Sequence record: PP579741.1
Strand: one strand, 5' to 3'
Length of the DNA: 64,000 nucleotides
From: Enterobacter phage KKP_3711
A model generated the notes under the pieces. The model saw nothing but the letters and a program-made list of their open reading frames with translations. It ran no database searches and was not told where the DNA came from. The position numbers were made by a program, and so were the translations under genes. This document shows positions 37,180 through 48,182 of the stretch, in pieces (the stretch's first letter is position 1; each line of letters begins with the position of its first letter).

Positions 37180-39073
37180 TTTCTTTAATCATCGAATTCC
37201 CTTCGGAATCTCCCACCACATTTAATACGTGGGTAAGTGGATGTGTCATTCCATGCGACACTAAGAAAGAGTTTAATTCATGCTCTTCTAGTAGAAGCTC
37301 AATTAAAGTATTCATACCTTTAGTATCTAGGAAGCTAATAACTTCATCTAAGAACAGCAGGTTAATATTTACTTTACTAATAGCACTCATTAGCTTTCGA
37401 ATTGCTAATAGAGTGGAGAGCTGGATTCTATGCTGCTGTCCAGTAGAGCATGATTCGATTGTAGTTCTTACACCATCATTATAAATAACCACAAGTAGTT
37501 TAGTAGCATCAAGCTCGAAACCAAGAGCAAACTTACCACTAGTAAGAATTGATAAATATTCATTAATAAGCTCCTCAAAAGCCTTCACAGAATACTCTAG
37601 CTTATATGCTACTAGATCCTTAAATGCTTTCTCTAGAACTTCTAAGTCAAATAGATCATTCTGTAGTGAAGCTATTTTACTGCCTATTACAGACAGATCT
37701 TTATTAGCTTTATCTAATTGTTCTTGTAATGCCTGTATCTTAGCATTATGAACAGCAGCAGACATATTATGCTCTGTGATTCTTTCAATCTCAACTTTTT
37801 GCTGTCGGATTTGCACCTGTAGTCTATTGATTTCAGCTCTAGCGTCAGATACATCTATAATTTCATAGACATTGGTATCTAACACACTTAGTTCAGAAGC
37901 ATTGAAGTCTGCAAGATTTTTTCTAGCTACCTCTAAAGAGTTCTTACTTAAAGTGTAATTAGTGTAAAGTTCTTGAGCTTTACTTAATTCAGCTTGTACT
38001 TCTTCTAGTTTAGAGCGTCTATCAAATAATGGTTGGTATTCTTTAGCTGCTATGGAGGCTGCATGTTGTGCTTCTGAAACATCCATCGGTTTTCCACATG
38101 TAGGACAATTGCAAACTTCTGCTTGTGCTTTGAATGACTTATACCGTTTCTTAACAGCTGTCGCTTCTGCACTTACAATTGCAAGCTCACGTGTAACACT
38201 TTGGAGTTCTACAGATTTATCTTCTGGGGCGCAGGGAAGATTTTCAAATGGTTTAAAGGTTTGTTCGGCCGCTTGTACTTTGTTGTCCAAATCCTTTCGT
38301 TGCTTCTCAATTTTTGCATTGTGAGCATCACGTTTTCGGATCTTAGCTTCTATCTCATCTACTAAGACTACCTTTGCCTTATAACCAGATATCTTTTCCA
38401 GAATCTCTTCTTCACTATACTCAAAGCTAGGAATTGCTAATACATCCATAGGGCTTCCAGCTTTTGAAGCATTAGTGATTATTTTTTGTATTGCTTGTAA
38501 TTTACCAGATTCAGTGTCTAATTCGCTTTTAAACTCTTTAGCATCTGCTTTAATTTCTTCGGCAATTTGTTTATATTGCTCTTGCGCTAATAGAGTTGTT
38601 AAGAATTGTTTTCTATTAGCATCTGTAGATCTCAAGAAATCTAAACTAGACCCTACAGATTGATAAATCAACTTTGTGAATGTAGTAAAATCACAACCGA
38701 TAATATCTTCTAATAGTTTATATGTTTGAGTTGCTGTATGTCCACTTATATCTTCAGATTCTTTTTTCAGAATCATTTTAGCGGTAGACTTTACAGTCTT
38801 ATGCACTTCATATTCAACATCATCTTTAGAGAAGTAGACTGAAATAGAATATTCTTTCTTATCTAAGTTCCAGTTGAACAGTGCTTCTTTCTTAATGCCT
38901 CTAGAGTTTTTATTATATAGGCACTCTTCAAGAATAGTAGCAATAGAAGATTTACCAGCACCATTTTCTCCTATTAACTGAGTAACAGGATGCTTCTCAA
39001 AATCAATTGAAGTATGAGAAGCATATGATAGAATGCCAGCAAATTCCATGCGTTTGATTTTAATCACGGACAT
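37172..39073 (-). CDS. SbcC/Rad50-like ATPase (D13-like)
   Basis: Walker A GENGAGKSS at the N-terminus, long coiled coil, CPTCGKP zinc hook, and C-terminal signature/Walker B (LLFLDE). Confidence 0.8.
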   Translation of the reverse strand: MSVIKIKRMEFAGILSYASHTSIDFEKHPVTQLIGENGAGKSSIATILEECLYNKNSRGIKKEALFNWNLDKKEYSISVYFSKDDVEYEVHKTVKSTAKMILKKESEDISGHTATQTYKLLEDIIGCDFTTFTKLIYQSVGSSLDFLRSTDANRKQFLTTLLAQEQYKQIAEEIKADAKEFKSELDTESGKLQAIQKIITNASKAGSPMDVLAIPSFEYSEEEILEKISGYKAKVVLVDEIEAKIRKRDAHNAKIEKQRKDLDNKVQAAEQTFKPFENLPCAPEDKSVELQSVTRELAIVSAEATAVKKRYKSFKAQAEVCNCPTCGKPMDVSEAQHAASIAAKEYQPLFDRRSKLEEVQAELSKAQELYTNYTLSKNSLEVARKNLADFNASELSVLDTNVYEIIDVSDARAEINRLQVQIRQQKVEIERITEHNMSAAVHNAKIQALQEQLDKANKDLSVIGSKIASLQNDLFDLEVLEKAFKDLVAYKLEYSVKAFEELINEYLSILTSGKFALGFELDATKLLVVIYNDGVRTTIESCSTGQQHRIQLSTLLAIRKLMSAISKVNINLLFLDEVISFLDTKGMNTLIELLLEEHELNSFLVSHGMTHPLTHVLNVVGDSEGNSMIKENG

Positions 39074-40037
39074 AGATAGTTGCTTTACTCACTAAGCGTT
39101 CCACAGACTCTTTGTCAAGTCCTTGAACGTCTGTTAAATATAATGCGAGTTCTTCTAATGTGGTTTTGTTTTCTAGATTTAGCTTTGCGTCTTTCGAGAC
39201 TTTGGTGTTGATCTTCTTGTCTAATAGATCTGACCCCTTTAGCTTCTTTAGTTCGGAAACATCACCTTCTACTTCATAAATAACACGATCATAAGGATCT
39301 GGAAGTAGTTCATCATTAATAGTTACTGTCTTACGTATAAGTTGAGGAAGATCTCCTAACTCAATCCATTTATACTCTAAAGTTTCAGTATCAATTATCA
39401 AGCATCCATTAGTATTTTTTGTTCTTTCTCTGTGGAAAGATGTAGTTAATGGTGAGCCAGGATAAAGTAGAGTTAATGAATCGTTAATTTGCTGAGTATT
39501 CTGATAACTATGTAAGTCGCCAGCTACTACTAGCTTATAGCCATGTTCAGCAAACTTATTTAAGTCTATTTCTGGTTGTACATGCGGAGGGATTGATCCG
39601 CGTACATGTGTGAAACATAACTTACTTTTTGCAGGTTCCCATGTTTTCTTATGGAGATCTGCGTAATCTATAACATCCCAATCATGAAGTCTCTTATTTC
39701 TCAAGAGTCTCCATCTACCATTTGTAGAATCTTTAATAGCATCACTAAGATGTGTTAGACAGGATATAGTTTTTGATAACATCTCATGATTGCCTGTATA
39801 AATACGGCCTTCATGCGTCATACTTTGTAGAAATGCAAATAACAGCTCTAGTTCTTCTGTGGAAGGGTTTGCTACGTCTAGAATATCACCGCCAATAATA
39901 TGTAAATCACAATTATATTCGATGAATATCTTATTAAAACGTTCAGCAAGCATTAAGAATCTGTTCTTTTGCCATTCCTTAGGAACATTCTTTTGTCCTA
40001 GTTTAATATGATGGTCAGCAGAGAATAATATTTTCAT
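39060..40037 (-). CDS. SbcD/Mre11-like nuclease (D12-like)
   Basis: Metallophosphoesterase motifs DHH (MKILFSADHHIK), GDILD and GNHE. Confidence 0.8.
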   Translation of the reverse strand: MKILFSADHHIKLGQKNVPKEWQKNRFLMLAERFNKIFIEYNCDLHIIGGDILDVANPSTEELELLFAFLQSMTHEGRIYTGNHEMLSKTISCLTHLSDAIKDSTNGRWRLLRNKRLHDWDVIDYADLHKKTWEPAKSKLCFTHVRGSIPPHVQPEIDLNKFAEHGYKLVVAGDLHSYQNTQQINDSLTLLYPGSPLTTSFHRERTKNTNGCLIIDTETLEYKWIELGDLPQLIRKTVTINDELLPDPYDRVIYEVEGDVSELKKLKGSDLLDKKINTKVSKDAKLNLENKTTLEELALYLTDVQGLDKESVERLVSKATIYVRD

Positions 40038-40079
40038 TCCATAGATACGAAAAAGGAGGCCGAAGCCCCCTTTCTTTTA

Positions 40080-40850
40080 TTAATCGTCCAGATCGCTAGC
40101 GGCTTCTTTTGCAGCTTCCTGCTTAGCCTCAGACTTCTCGTCTTTCTGATCACCATCTTCATCTTTCTTACCTTCAAGGAAGGAACGAATAGACTCAAGC
40201 TGTTCGTCGTAAGAAGGAATCGGGAACTGTGCATCCAGGCTAGGAACTTTTTCAAATTCAGCATCACCAGTTTCAGGATCTTCACTCAGTTCACCCAGAA
40301 TTTCGAGGTCTTTCTGATGCAGTTTCCACTCGTCAGAACCTTCGACAGCTACTTTTGCCTGGAACTTAGATGCTGCGATTTCCTGAACTTTGTACTCGGT
40401 ATTGAAACCAGTACCAGAACGCTCAATCACAAAGTCAATGCTCATTGGATCATCAATTTCCAGCTGACCCATAGTAGACTGAATACCTTTCAGGATAGTT
40501 GCTTTAACTTCCATGATTTTCAGCTTGTTATCAGCACGATCGATTACCCAGCAAACGTAGTTCTTTTTAGGCTTCAGAGCAGTAATTTCGCCTTTATCGT
40601 TTGGTTTTTCTTCTTTCAGACCCAGAGTAGTGATTGGATCTTTAGCACCAGACATGAAACGCTCAGTTTCACGGTTAAAACGAAGGCAATCAAATGCTGC
40701 TGGTTTACCATCTGGATTTTTCAGCCAGTAAACGTAACGTGGAAGTACCGGAGATACGATACGAACAACGTTTTTACCGGATTTGAAAGACATATATTCA
40801 ACTTTATCAGAAGAAGTAGTACCTTTAGTAGAGCCCCAAGATTTAGCCAT
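40080..40850 (-). CDS. hypothetical early protein with acidic C-terminal tail (possible ssDNA-binding / replisome protein)
   Basis: 256 aa, C-terminus DEKSEAKQEAAKEAASDLDD. Hairpin terminator downstream at about 40045-40075. Confidence 0.35.
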   Translation of the reverse strand: MAKSWGSTKGTTSSDKVEYMSFKSGKNVVRIVSPVLPRYVYWLKNPDGKPAAFDCLRFNRETERFMSGAKDPITTLGLKEEKPNDKGEITALKPKKNYVCWVIDRADNKLKIMEVKATILKGIQSTMGQLEIDDPMSIDFVIERSGTGFNTEYKVQEIAASKFQAKVAVEGSDEWKLHQKDLEILGELSEDPETGDAEFEKVPSLDAQFPIPSYDEQLESIRSFLEGKKDEDGDQKDEKSEAKQEAAKEAASDLDD

Positions 40851-41205
40851 GTGTTATTTCCTCATTGAAGATTAGTTTGTTTTGTTTAATTGCGATTAGT
40901 GGGTTGTTTTCTACAACTTCTCTAGGAATCCATGGATATATTAGTTGTATATCCAGTGAGGTATCCCCCGATACTAAGTAGTTATGATAACTGCGAATAC
41001 TTAATATTCCTATGTACTCTGCAAGTTGTTGTGATGTTAAGTGGTTTGAGTTCCAGATAACCACATCCTCATTCACAATGAATGAGGAACCTAGCAACAT
41101 TTTATACTGCTCAGGTTTATATTTTATGTTCTTTATATATCTAATAATCAGGTCACTTCGTCCTGCTGCTAGAACATAAATCTTCTCATAATCAAAGAAT
41201 AACAA
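40843..41205 (-). CDS. hypothetical protein
   Basis: 120-aa ORF downstream of a consensus promoter. Confidence 0.3.
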   Translation of the reverse strand: MLFFDYEKIYVLAAGRSDLIIRYIKNIKYKPEQYKMLLGSSFIVNEDVVIWNSNHLTSQQLAEYIGILSIRSYHNYLVSGDTSLDIQLIYPWIPREVVENNPLIAIKQNKLIFNEEITHG

Positions 41206-41295
41206 TATTATACACCAAATTTTGTATATTAGGCAAGTAAAATTTTTATTTATTTGCCTAAGCTTTGGAGAAGAAATCCTTTCGTTTCAAACTAT

Positions 41296-41331
41296 GAGAA
41301 TATTATATCAATTTTGAGGATGTTTAGCAAA
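41296..41331 (-). promoter_or_regulatory. sigma70 early promoter (TTGCTA-N17-TATAAT with TG extension) plus conserved leader
   Basis: Minus-strand reading TTGCTAaacatcctcaaaatTGaTATAAT. The 31-bp block TTGATATAATATTCTCATAGTTTG(G)AAACGAA is repeated at 52874-52904. Confidence 0.6.
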
Positions 41332-42678
41332 TACAATTTCTTTAAACTTATGCTGTTGCTCTGGCGTCATCATTACAATATCCCATCCGTTATTAATATA
41401 TACTGCTCGTCTACCTCTTGCCTGCCCCATAGCAATACCACCTTTCAACATTGTATCAACTACAATAGGTCTAGGCTTGCCTGGTACAATACGCTGGATA
41501 CGTCCAACTAATTGTTCCAATAGTGCTTCATTGTTGAGCAAACTAGCTGTGATTAAGCATGATAGACTATTAACAGAAATGCCTTCTGAAAATATACTTT
41601 GAGCAGCAGTAAGCACACATGGCCCGCCATTAGATAATTCTTCTATGACTTCTCCACGATTAGCTGTAGAACCTATAATCTTATACACAGGTACATTAAA
41701 TTCTTCTAGAATTTCACCTACATACTCAATTAGTTCAGTTCTGTCTGAAACAAATAAAACTTTATGACCTGCTTTCCAGTAAAGATAGCAAGATTCTATT
41801 AAATGATCTCTGTAATCATCATTATTGTAAACATCGTTAGCCCTGTTAGCCCAAGCAACCATTTGATTGCCACTAAGCTCTACTTCTAGTGGATAAATGT
41901 GTATTTCGGGATCTACTACGTTATTCTTTGATGGAATATGTATAGTATACCCGAAATAGTCCTTAAACATCACATTGAGACCATCTTTTCTTTTTAAAGT
42001 ACCGGATAGCCCTATTTTATACCTAGCATGACTAAACTCTAAAAAGTTAGAGAAAGTAGTAGCTACACAGTGATGTACTTCATCTACAATGACTAATCCA
42101 AATTCTTTGGATAAAAGAGTAGAATGCTTATTAACTGTCTGTATATTGCTAACAGTTATAGGTTTAGAAATATCATATTTACCAGATCCTATTACACCTG
42201 GCTTAAATCCAAACCATTTTTCAATTTCTGCTTCCCACTGCTCACGTATACTTACGTTTGTACAGATAACAAGGGTTTTTTGTTGTAACTTATGTGCTAT
42301 TGCTAAAGCAGTAATGGTTTTACCAAACCCCGGATTACCATTTATTAAACACGTATCATCACAAGCGTCTAATATTTCTTGTTGATCTATACTACCATCT
42401 ACCCCTTTACGCAAAGTAAATGAAGGTTTTGGTATTTCTGCGGATACGCAAATCCTTTTATCCACTATTTCTAGTGGTATACCTTTGGATTGAAGAATAT
42501 CCAACCTAGATGCAGGTATACTACGTAGTCTAGCTCCTAATTTAGATGAGGTTATATAAACCTCAGGAAACTTAGCTCCTGGTCTAAATATCTGATACGT
42601 AGTTTGTGCACAACAATGCTCCCAAAGTTCATCATCGTCACAGTTAAAATATGCTTTGTTAGATAATACTACCTTCAT
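41308..42678 (-). CDS. DExH-box SF2 helicase (D10-like)
   Basis: Walker A GNPGFGKT, DEVHH box, helicase C-terminal motifs. 456 aa. Confidence 0.75.
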   Translation of the reverse strand: MKVVLSNKAYFNCDDDELWEHCCAQTTYQIFRPGAKFPEVYITSSKLGARLRSIPASRLDILQSKGIPLEIVDKRICVSAEIPKPSFTLRKGVDGSIDQQEILDACDDTCLINGNPGFGKTITALAIAHKLQQKTLVICTNVSIREQWEAEIEKWFGFKPGVIGSGKYDISKPITVSNIQTVNKHSTLLSKEFGLVIVDEVHHCVATTFSNFLEFSHARYKIGLSGTLKRKDGLNVMFKDYFGYTIHIPSKNNVVDPEIHIYPLEVELSGNQMVAWANRANDVYNNDDYRDHLIESCYLYWKAGHKVLFVSDRTELIEYVGEILEEFNVPVYKIIGSTANRGEVIEELSNGGPCVLTAAQSIFSEGISVNSLSCLITASLLNNEALLEQLVGRIQRIVPGKPRPIVVDTMLKGGIAMGQARGRRAVYINNGWDIVMMTPEQQHKFKEIVFAKHPQN

Positions 42679-43166
42679 TATAATTTTATTCTATGCTTGA
42701 TGTGCTCCGGCATCTCGTCATGGACGTCAAATAAAACAAAAGAGTTGTTGTAATGTACAAGTGCTAGATAATTGTAAGGCTCTTTAGTAATAAAGGGTGT
42801 GTTTACTCCTGAGACATAGCACTGATACTTACCATTAAATATACGTACACAACTAACAACTCTTTTATAAATAATTCTACTAAACTTGGTCTTTTTAAGG
42901 GTGAATAAATTCCCCTCTTCATCAATAAAGTCTTTAGTCCTAGCATGAATAGCTTGACTTAAAGTATTAACTGAATATCTAAGTTTATAAAGCTTGTAGG
43001 GCTTATTATCGTCAGCTAGTAATTGCATTCGTCGTAGAACATAATCACCAGATAAAGAAGGCTTGTCTAGGACATACCTATCATAGTATGTCTCTAGACA
43101 AATATATCCATTTTCTTCAAATTTACGATTAAAACCCCTTACAATGTATAAGGGGAATTTTATCAT
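42678..43166 (-). CDS. hypothetical protein
   Basis: 162-aa ORF overlapping its neighbours' start and stop codons. Confidence 0.35.
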   Translation of the reverse strand: MIKFPLYIVRGFNRKFEENGYICLETYYDRYVLDKPSLSGDYVLRRMQLLADDNKPYKLYKLRYSVNTLSQAIHARTKDFIDEEGNLFTLKKTKFSRIIYKRVVSCVRIFNGKYQCYVSGVNTPFITKEPYNYLALVHYNNSFVLFDVHDEMPEHIKHRIKL

Positions 43167-45727
43167 AATGCAAAGCCCAACTTCTCGATATTGTTATAGT
43201 CCTTCACATAGGATGGGATATCAACCCCATATTCTTTGTAAAGTTCTTTTAACATCTTATCATCTTTTACAGATGCAAGATAGTCAATATCTTCTGATGC
43301 GCCAAGACGTTCAACTAGTGTGCGATATTCTGGATCATCAATACAAGCGATTGACGGATGCTGTTTTTTGATCTTACCACAAGAGTAGTCACGAGAACCA
43401 CCATCTTCAGAATCAGATTCCAGACCGATTGGACAACCTGGGATAGATAGACCACGATCATTCTGAACATGACGTAACAGAATCTCATTATAATCATCTA
43501 CCAGATCTTCACGAACCAATGCAACAACGGAGTCATGAACCAGCATAATGATTTGCATTTCTTTCTGCAAACCACGAGCAATGATTTCTTCATCAGCTCC
43601 AATTGCACCAAGCAGAAGGTTATCAGAAGACGCACCCTGAATGATTGCGTTGAAGCCAGAACGAAGTTCTTCACCCTGAACTCCACGATCTTCGGAGTTG
43701 ATATTCAGCAGACGACGCTTACGACCAAAGTGGCTGTAGATATAACCCTGAGACAGGATTTGTCCATGAGAAGCATCGATCCACTTCTTAAGCTGACGGA
43801 ATGTACGGAAGTACTCATCAATATATCCCTGAGCCTGCGCTTTAGTACATTCTTCATATGGCTTACCAGTCTTTAGACTTTCTTCCAGCAGAGATTCGTT
43901 GATTGATGCAGCGACTTTAGCAGCACCAGAACCGAACAGAATACCGAATGTGATTGCTTTAGATGCCTGACGAAGAGAAGGATACAGTTTCTTCAATTCT
44001 TTTGCAGAACATCCTGGCTTAAATACCATGTGCGCAATCATGCTGTGGAAGTCAGCACTGTTTTCTGGATCATTACGCATATCTACGAAAATTTTCTGTA
44101 GATTTCTATCACCAGATAATACAGCAGCTACGTATACTTCAGCAGTTGTTAAGTCCCATGCAACAATTCTATAACCAGGTGGAGCTACAATACAACCTTT
44201 AATTATAGATTCATCACGAGGTAACTGCTGTAAGTTCAATTTACCAGAAGAACTCAAACGACCAGAAGTTGTCATGTGAATGTTGAAACCCGTTCTAACA
44301 CGACCATCTGCATCTATACTTTGCAGAATCTTTTCCACATAAGTAGATATCAACTTCTTGGTTTTACGAATATCTAGTAATGTTTTAGCTACTGGATGTT
44401 GATCTGCTAGTTCTTGCAATACTTCTGCATCTGTAGAGATAGCACCAGTACCTGTAAGTTTACCTGTTGGAGTAAGTCCCAGATAATCAAATAACAATAC
44501 TCGTAATTGAGCTACAGAGTTAGGGTTAAATTGTTTACCTTGTGCTTTTTCTAAAGCGTGCACTTCTTCATACTGATACAGATCTTGTTCAGCAGCACGA
44601 AGTTTATCAACTAATTGGATCTGTGCTTCTTTAAGACGAGGTATAGAAACAGGTACACCTCGATCTTCAACACGAGTTAGGAACATTGTCCCAGGAATCA
44701 AGAGATCATAGTACAAACGAGACAGATTTTCATTCTTCTCAATCTTAGGAAGGAAGAAGTTATGTAAACGAAGTGTTGCATCTGTATCTTTTGCAGCATA
44801 TGGCCACATAATATCAAATGGAATCAGATCATAGGTAAAATCTTCTTTCTTAATACCATGTGATTTGCAATAGTTGTCTTTGAACTGATCTAATTCAAAG
44901 TCATAATCACCCATATCTGTATACTTCATAGCTAGTTGTTTCAAACCATGTGTACCACGACGTTCATCAAGAACATAGTGCTGCAACATAGTATCATGAA
45001 GTCTCTTTTCACGATATGGACGTTCAAAATCTAACCCAAAGTGATATTTATACATGTGCATATCGAACTTCAAGTTATGGAAAACGATTGGACGTTCTGG
45101 AGTATCAATAATTTTCTGTAAATAATGCACTACCACTTCGGTAATTGCATCAGAATCAATATAAACACCTTGATACTCTTCATGACTCATTGAAAGACCT
45201 AATACATACCCATCACGAGCATATAAAGCTGAGGTTTCGGAGTCAAAAGATACTGGAGTTGCCAGCATTGCGTAAACCATCTTAACATACGCTTCTGCTT
45301 CTTCTTCCGTAGTGATAGGTCGCCAGTCACCTTCTTTAGCAACTTTTTCATTCCCACTGATAATTGCATGGAAACTCTCTACTGTTGCTTCAAAGACAGG
45401 CTTCATCTCTGGTTTGAAGTGTAACATGGCTGGGCTGATACTTGCTAACCATCCAGAATACCCATTATACTCTACACGTTTACCAGAATAATCACCAATA
45501 CCTGTTTTACCTGCATATGCTTTAAATGGTTCTGCACCTACTAGAATTACATAGTCAAATTGGTGTGGATCAAAAGGATTATCTTCTGTTCCTAGGTCAA
45601 TATGTTTCTTTAGCAGACGACCGTCTAGCTTTTTAGAACACATATGGAATACTTCTAAATCCTTAATACCGAAATGCTTATCATAACGAGTATTATTCAA
45701 GGATTTATCGACAACTGCTATTCTCAT
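43163..45727 (-). CDS. DNA polymerase, family A with 3'-5' exonuclease domain
   Basis: 854 aa (T5 Pol 855 aa). Exo motifs in the N-terminal half, and Pol A motifs (DYSQIELR-like, R...K...YG, HDE) in the C-terminal half. Confidence 0.9.
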   Translation of the reverse strand: MRIAVVDKSLNNTRYDKHFGIKDLEVFHMCSKKLDGRLLKKHIDLGTEDNPFDPHQFDYVILVGAEPFKAYAGKTGIGDYSGKRVEYNGYSGWLASISPAMLHFKPEMKPVFEATVESFHAIISGNEKVAKEGDWRPITTEEEAEAYVKMVYAMLATPVSFDSETSALYARDGYVLGLSMSHEEYQGVYIDSDAITEVVVHYLQKIIDTPERPIVFHNLKFDMHMYKYHFGLDFERPYREKRLHDTMLQHYVLDERRGTHGLKQLAMKYTDMGDYDFELDQFKDNYCKSHGIKKEDFTYDLIPFDIMWPYAAKDTDATLRLHNFFLPKIEKNENLSRLYYDLLIPGTMFLTRVEDRGVPVSIPRLKEAQIQLVDKLRAAEQDLYQYEEVHALEKAQGKQFNPNSVAQLRVLLFDYLGLTPTGKLTGTGAISTDAEVLQELADQHPVAKTLLDIRKTKKLISTYVEKILQSIDADGRVRTGFNIHMTTSGRLSSSGKLNLQQLPRDESIIKGCIVAPPGYRIVAWDLTTAEVYVAAVLSGDRNLQKIFVDMRNDPENSADFHSMIAHMVFKPGCSAKELKKLYPSLRQASKAITFGILFGSGAAKVAASINESLLEESLKTGKPYEECTKAQAQGYIDEYFRTFRQLKKWIDASHGQILSQGYIYSHFGRKRRLLNINSEDRGVQGEELRSGFNAIIQGASSDNLLLGAIGADEEIIARGLQKEMQIIMLVHDSVVALVREDLVDDYNEILLRHVQNDRGLSIPGCPIGLESDSEDGGSRDYSCGKIKKQHPSIACIDDPEYRTLVERLGASEDIDYLASVKDDKMLKELYKEYGVDIPSYVKDYNNIEKLGFAL

Positions 45728-45787
45728 TTATTCTCCTCTATGTAAGAAAGTTCAACTTCAGTGTTCCTTCTCAAACTTACATAAATA

Positions 45788-46675
45788 TTATACCTCATTT
45801 TTGAGGTACTTAGCAACTATTTTTTTAATATTCTCATCTAACTCTTTAACTTCATTCTCACTTAATTCTCCAGGATCTTTATTATCCGGAAGTAAGTGAT
45901 TTACAACTAATGGAGTTAATCTGGTCTTAAATTTTATCATTTTTGCTAGTTTTTCAGCAGCATCATTACCTGCTTTATCATTATCTAGTAAAATAGCTAC
46001 AATTCGTGTACCAGCTAGTATAAATGAGCTGAATTTATCAGCAATATTATCATTGCTGAACTGATGTGTACCAAAACAGCAAGAAACATTCTCCATGCCC
46101 TTATCTTCTAGATTAAGCATGTCGAACATACCTTCTGTTAGAACTAAAATTGGTTGATTATATCTTAAAGGAAAGATAGGAGCGGAAATATCCTTGGGTT
46201 TAAGGAGGTATTTAGGAGGTGCAGAAGATTGTCTACTTCTCCCCTGAAATACCACTATCTTACCAGTAGCATCTGTAATAGGAAATACTATGCGATCAGG
46301 CCAATCTTCCTCATGTATGAATGCAAAATATTTTTTGAAAGTTTCAGGCTTAATTCCACGATATTCTTCCTCAAACATCATAGCTGCATCAGGAATCGTT
46401 AGAACATTAGACTGATTTAATAATTCTTTTATTCTTTTCTTAACTGTGACTAGTCTGGGAGACTGTCTAAGCATATCTTCATTAAAATAATGAAAAATAC
46501 TAGGGATGCCTTTACCATAACCACAACTTAAACAGTGAAAAACACCCGTCTCTCTATCAACTCGGAGAGACGGGTGAGCATCGTTGTGTTCTGGATTAAG
46601 ACAACGGATAAGTATATCACCACCCGTGTCTTTATATTCTATCCCTTTTAAATCTAAAAGTTCTAGAACGTTCAT
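45788..46675 (-). CDS. DNA primase (DnaG-like, CHC2 zinc finger plus TOPRIM)
   Basis: Zinc finger CLNPEHNDAHPSL...FHCLSCG with acidic TOPRIM-like residues. 295 aa. Confidence 0.7.
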   Translation of the reverse strand: MNVLELLDLKGIEYKDTGGDILIRCLNPEHNDAHPSLRVDRETGVFHCLSCGYGKGIPSIFHYFNEDMLRQSPRLVTVKKRIKELLNQSNVLTIPDAAMMFEEEYRGIKPETFKKYFAFIHEEDWPDRIVFPITDATGKIVVFQGRSRQSSAPPKYLLKPKDISAPIFPLRYNQPILVLTEGMFDMLNLEDKGMENVSCCFGTHQFSNDNIADKFSSFILAGTRIVAILLDNDKAGNDAAEKLAKMIKFKTRLTPLVVNHLLPDNKDPGELSENEVKELDENIKKIVAKYLKNEV

Positions 46676-48138
46676 TAAATGTCTGCGGCTCCTTCACCAT
46701 CAGATTGTGCTTTAGCAGCAGGTTTTTGTCTTTGTTTAGACTTATTATCCTCAATAGGAAGAACAAACTCAGCTTGCATTTCGTTAATATCTATAGTAGT
46801 AAGGTTAGTAGTATTGTCAATTTTCAGACAGTTCCAATCTGTTGCAGGCATAAACTTAATACCAGACATGCTTCGGACTTTTACGAAGTCAAATAAGATA
46901 CCACCTTGGTTCTTATCGTTTTTAGCAGCATTTAGGTTCATAGCCATATCACAAGAATCTAGGATACCTTGAGACATACGAGCATTACCATTTTTATCCA
47001 TCTGATAAGGTGTAACACCACCCACGTTAAGTTTTGCACATGTATTCTTGAAAGATTTACTCACAATCATCTGCTGCTTCCAATCATACATATCGGTTTC
47101 ACTAGATCCATCGACTTTTACTTGGTTAATGTAATCTAGGATGATTAATGGAACTTTATCTTCACCATACTGAGATACTGTTTTGTAAGCAATACCATCT
47201 AACTTGGCTGTAGTTAATTCTGGATCATGAATAATGATCATAGGAGTATGCAGTTCAAAATCTCCCATCAATTTCTGTTCAAACTCGTAAAAGTCTGACA
47301 TCTCTTTGACAGAGTACTGCTTAATATACTGTTGATAATACTCTTCGCCGCCTAAGAACATTTTAGCTCTAGTTCTAGCTAATTGCATTACAGCTAAATC
47401 TTTAACTTGCTGCTTACGAATATCCAGTGCAGATATACCAGACATTATAGCTAGATTCCTACGAAGAACTTCAACAGCTTTCATTTCTAAAGAGAAATAA
47501 GGAGCTATGTTACCCTGCTCATACTGATTAACTTGTAAGTTAGAACATACAACTGATTTACCAGTACCGCGATAACCACCAATTAACAGAGTTTCTCCTC
47601 TACCTAATCCACCAGAATATGCATCAAATTCATTACATAATCCTAGAGGGATAAGAGTTAGGTTTGTACTATCCTTCTCTTCAAAAATACTGATCTGATT
47701 AGCGTTAAAGATATTACCAGTATATGAGACTTTTTCTTCTAATTTTAAAGCTAGGCCACTAACCCTATCAATAATCTCATCTTTATCCAACATGGTTATA
47801 TCACGTAAAATATCAGAATCTACAAGCTGCAAGAATAAATCTTGTGTGTATTCAGACTCTAATACTTGGATTGCATGTAGAATATCAACTTGTGGGATTG
47901 GTGTATTAATTAATACACTCAATGCTTGAGAGAGCTTAGCGTTCCTAGAACTCTCAAGAACCAGCGAGTCAATACTCGGCATGTCACCATGCTTTTTATA
48001 ATAATTGTGGATAGACTTGTAGATAGAAGCGAAAGCATCATTGAATAAATCTTTATGCAATCTAGAGAATATGTTAATAGCAGTGATCTTATCAGCCATT
48101 AACAGCATTTTCAGCACTATAGATTGTGTATTGAACAT
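46675..48138 (-). CDS. replicative DNA helicase (DnaB-like)
   Basis: Walker A GGYRGTGKS, RecA-like core. Probable start at the ATG at 48138 (AGGAAA SD); the track lists 48180. Confidence 0.65.
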   Translation of the reverse strand: MFNTQSIVLKMLLMADKITAINIFSRLHKDLFNDAFASIYKSIHNYYKKHGDMPSIDSLVLESSRNAKLSQALSVLINTPIPQVDILHAIQVLESEYTQDLFLQLVDSDILRDITMLDKDEIIDRVSGLALKLEEKVSYTGNIFNANQISIFEEKDSTNLTLIPLGLCNEFDAYSGGLGRGETLLIGGYRGTGKSVVCSNLQVNQYEQGNIAPYFSLEMKAVEVLRRNLAIMSGISALDIRKQQVKDLAVMQLARTRAKMFLGGEEYYQQYIKQYSVKEMSDFYEFEQKLMGDFELHTPMIIIHDPELTTAKLDGIAYKTVSQYGEDKVPLIILDYINQVKVDGSSETDMYDWKQQMIVSKSFKNTCAKLNVGGVTPYQMDKNGNARMSQGILDSCDMAMNLNAAKNDKNQGGILFDFVKVRSMSGIKFMPATDWNCLKIDNTTNLTTIDINEMQAEFVLPIEDNKSKQRQKPAAKAQSDGEGAADI

Positions 48139-48182
48139 GATGTTTCCTGATACGCATGCTTGCGTCTTTCTACAAAACAAAA

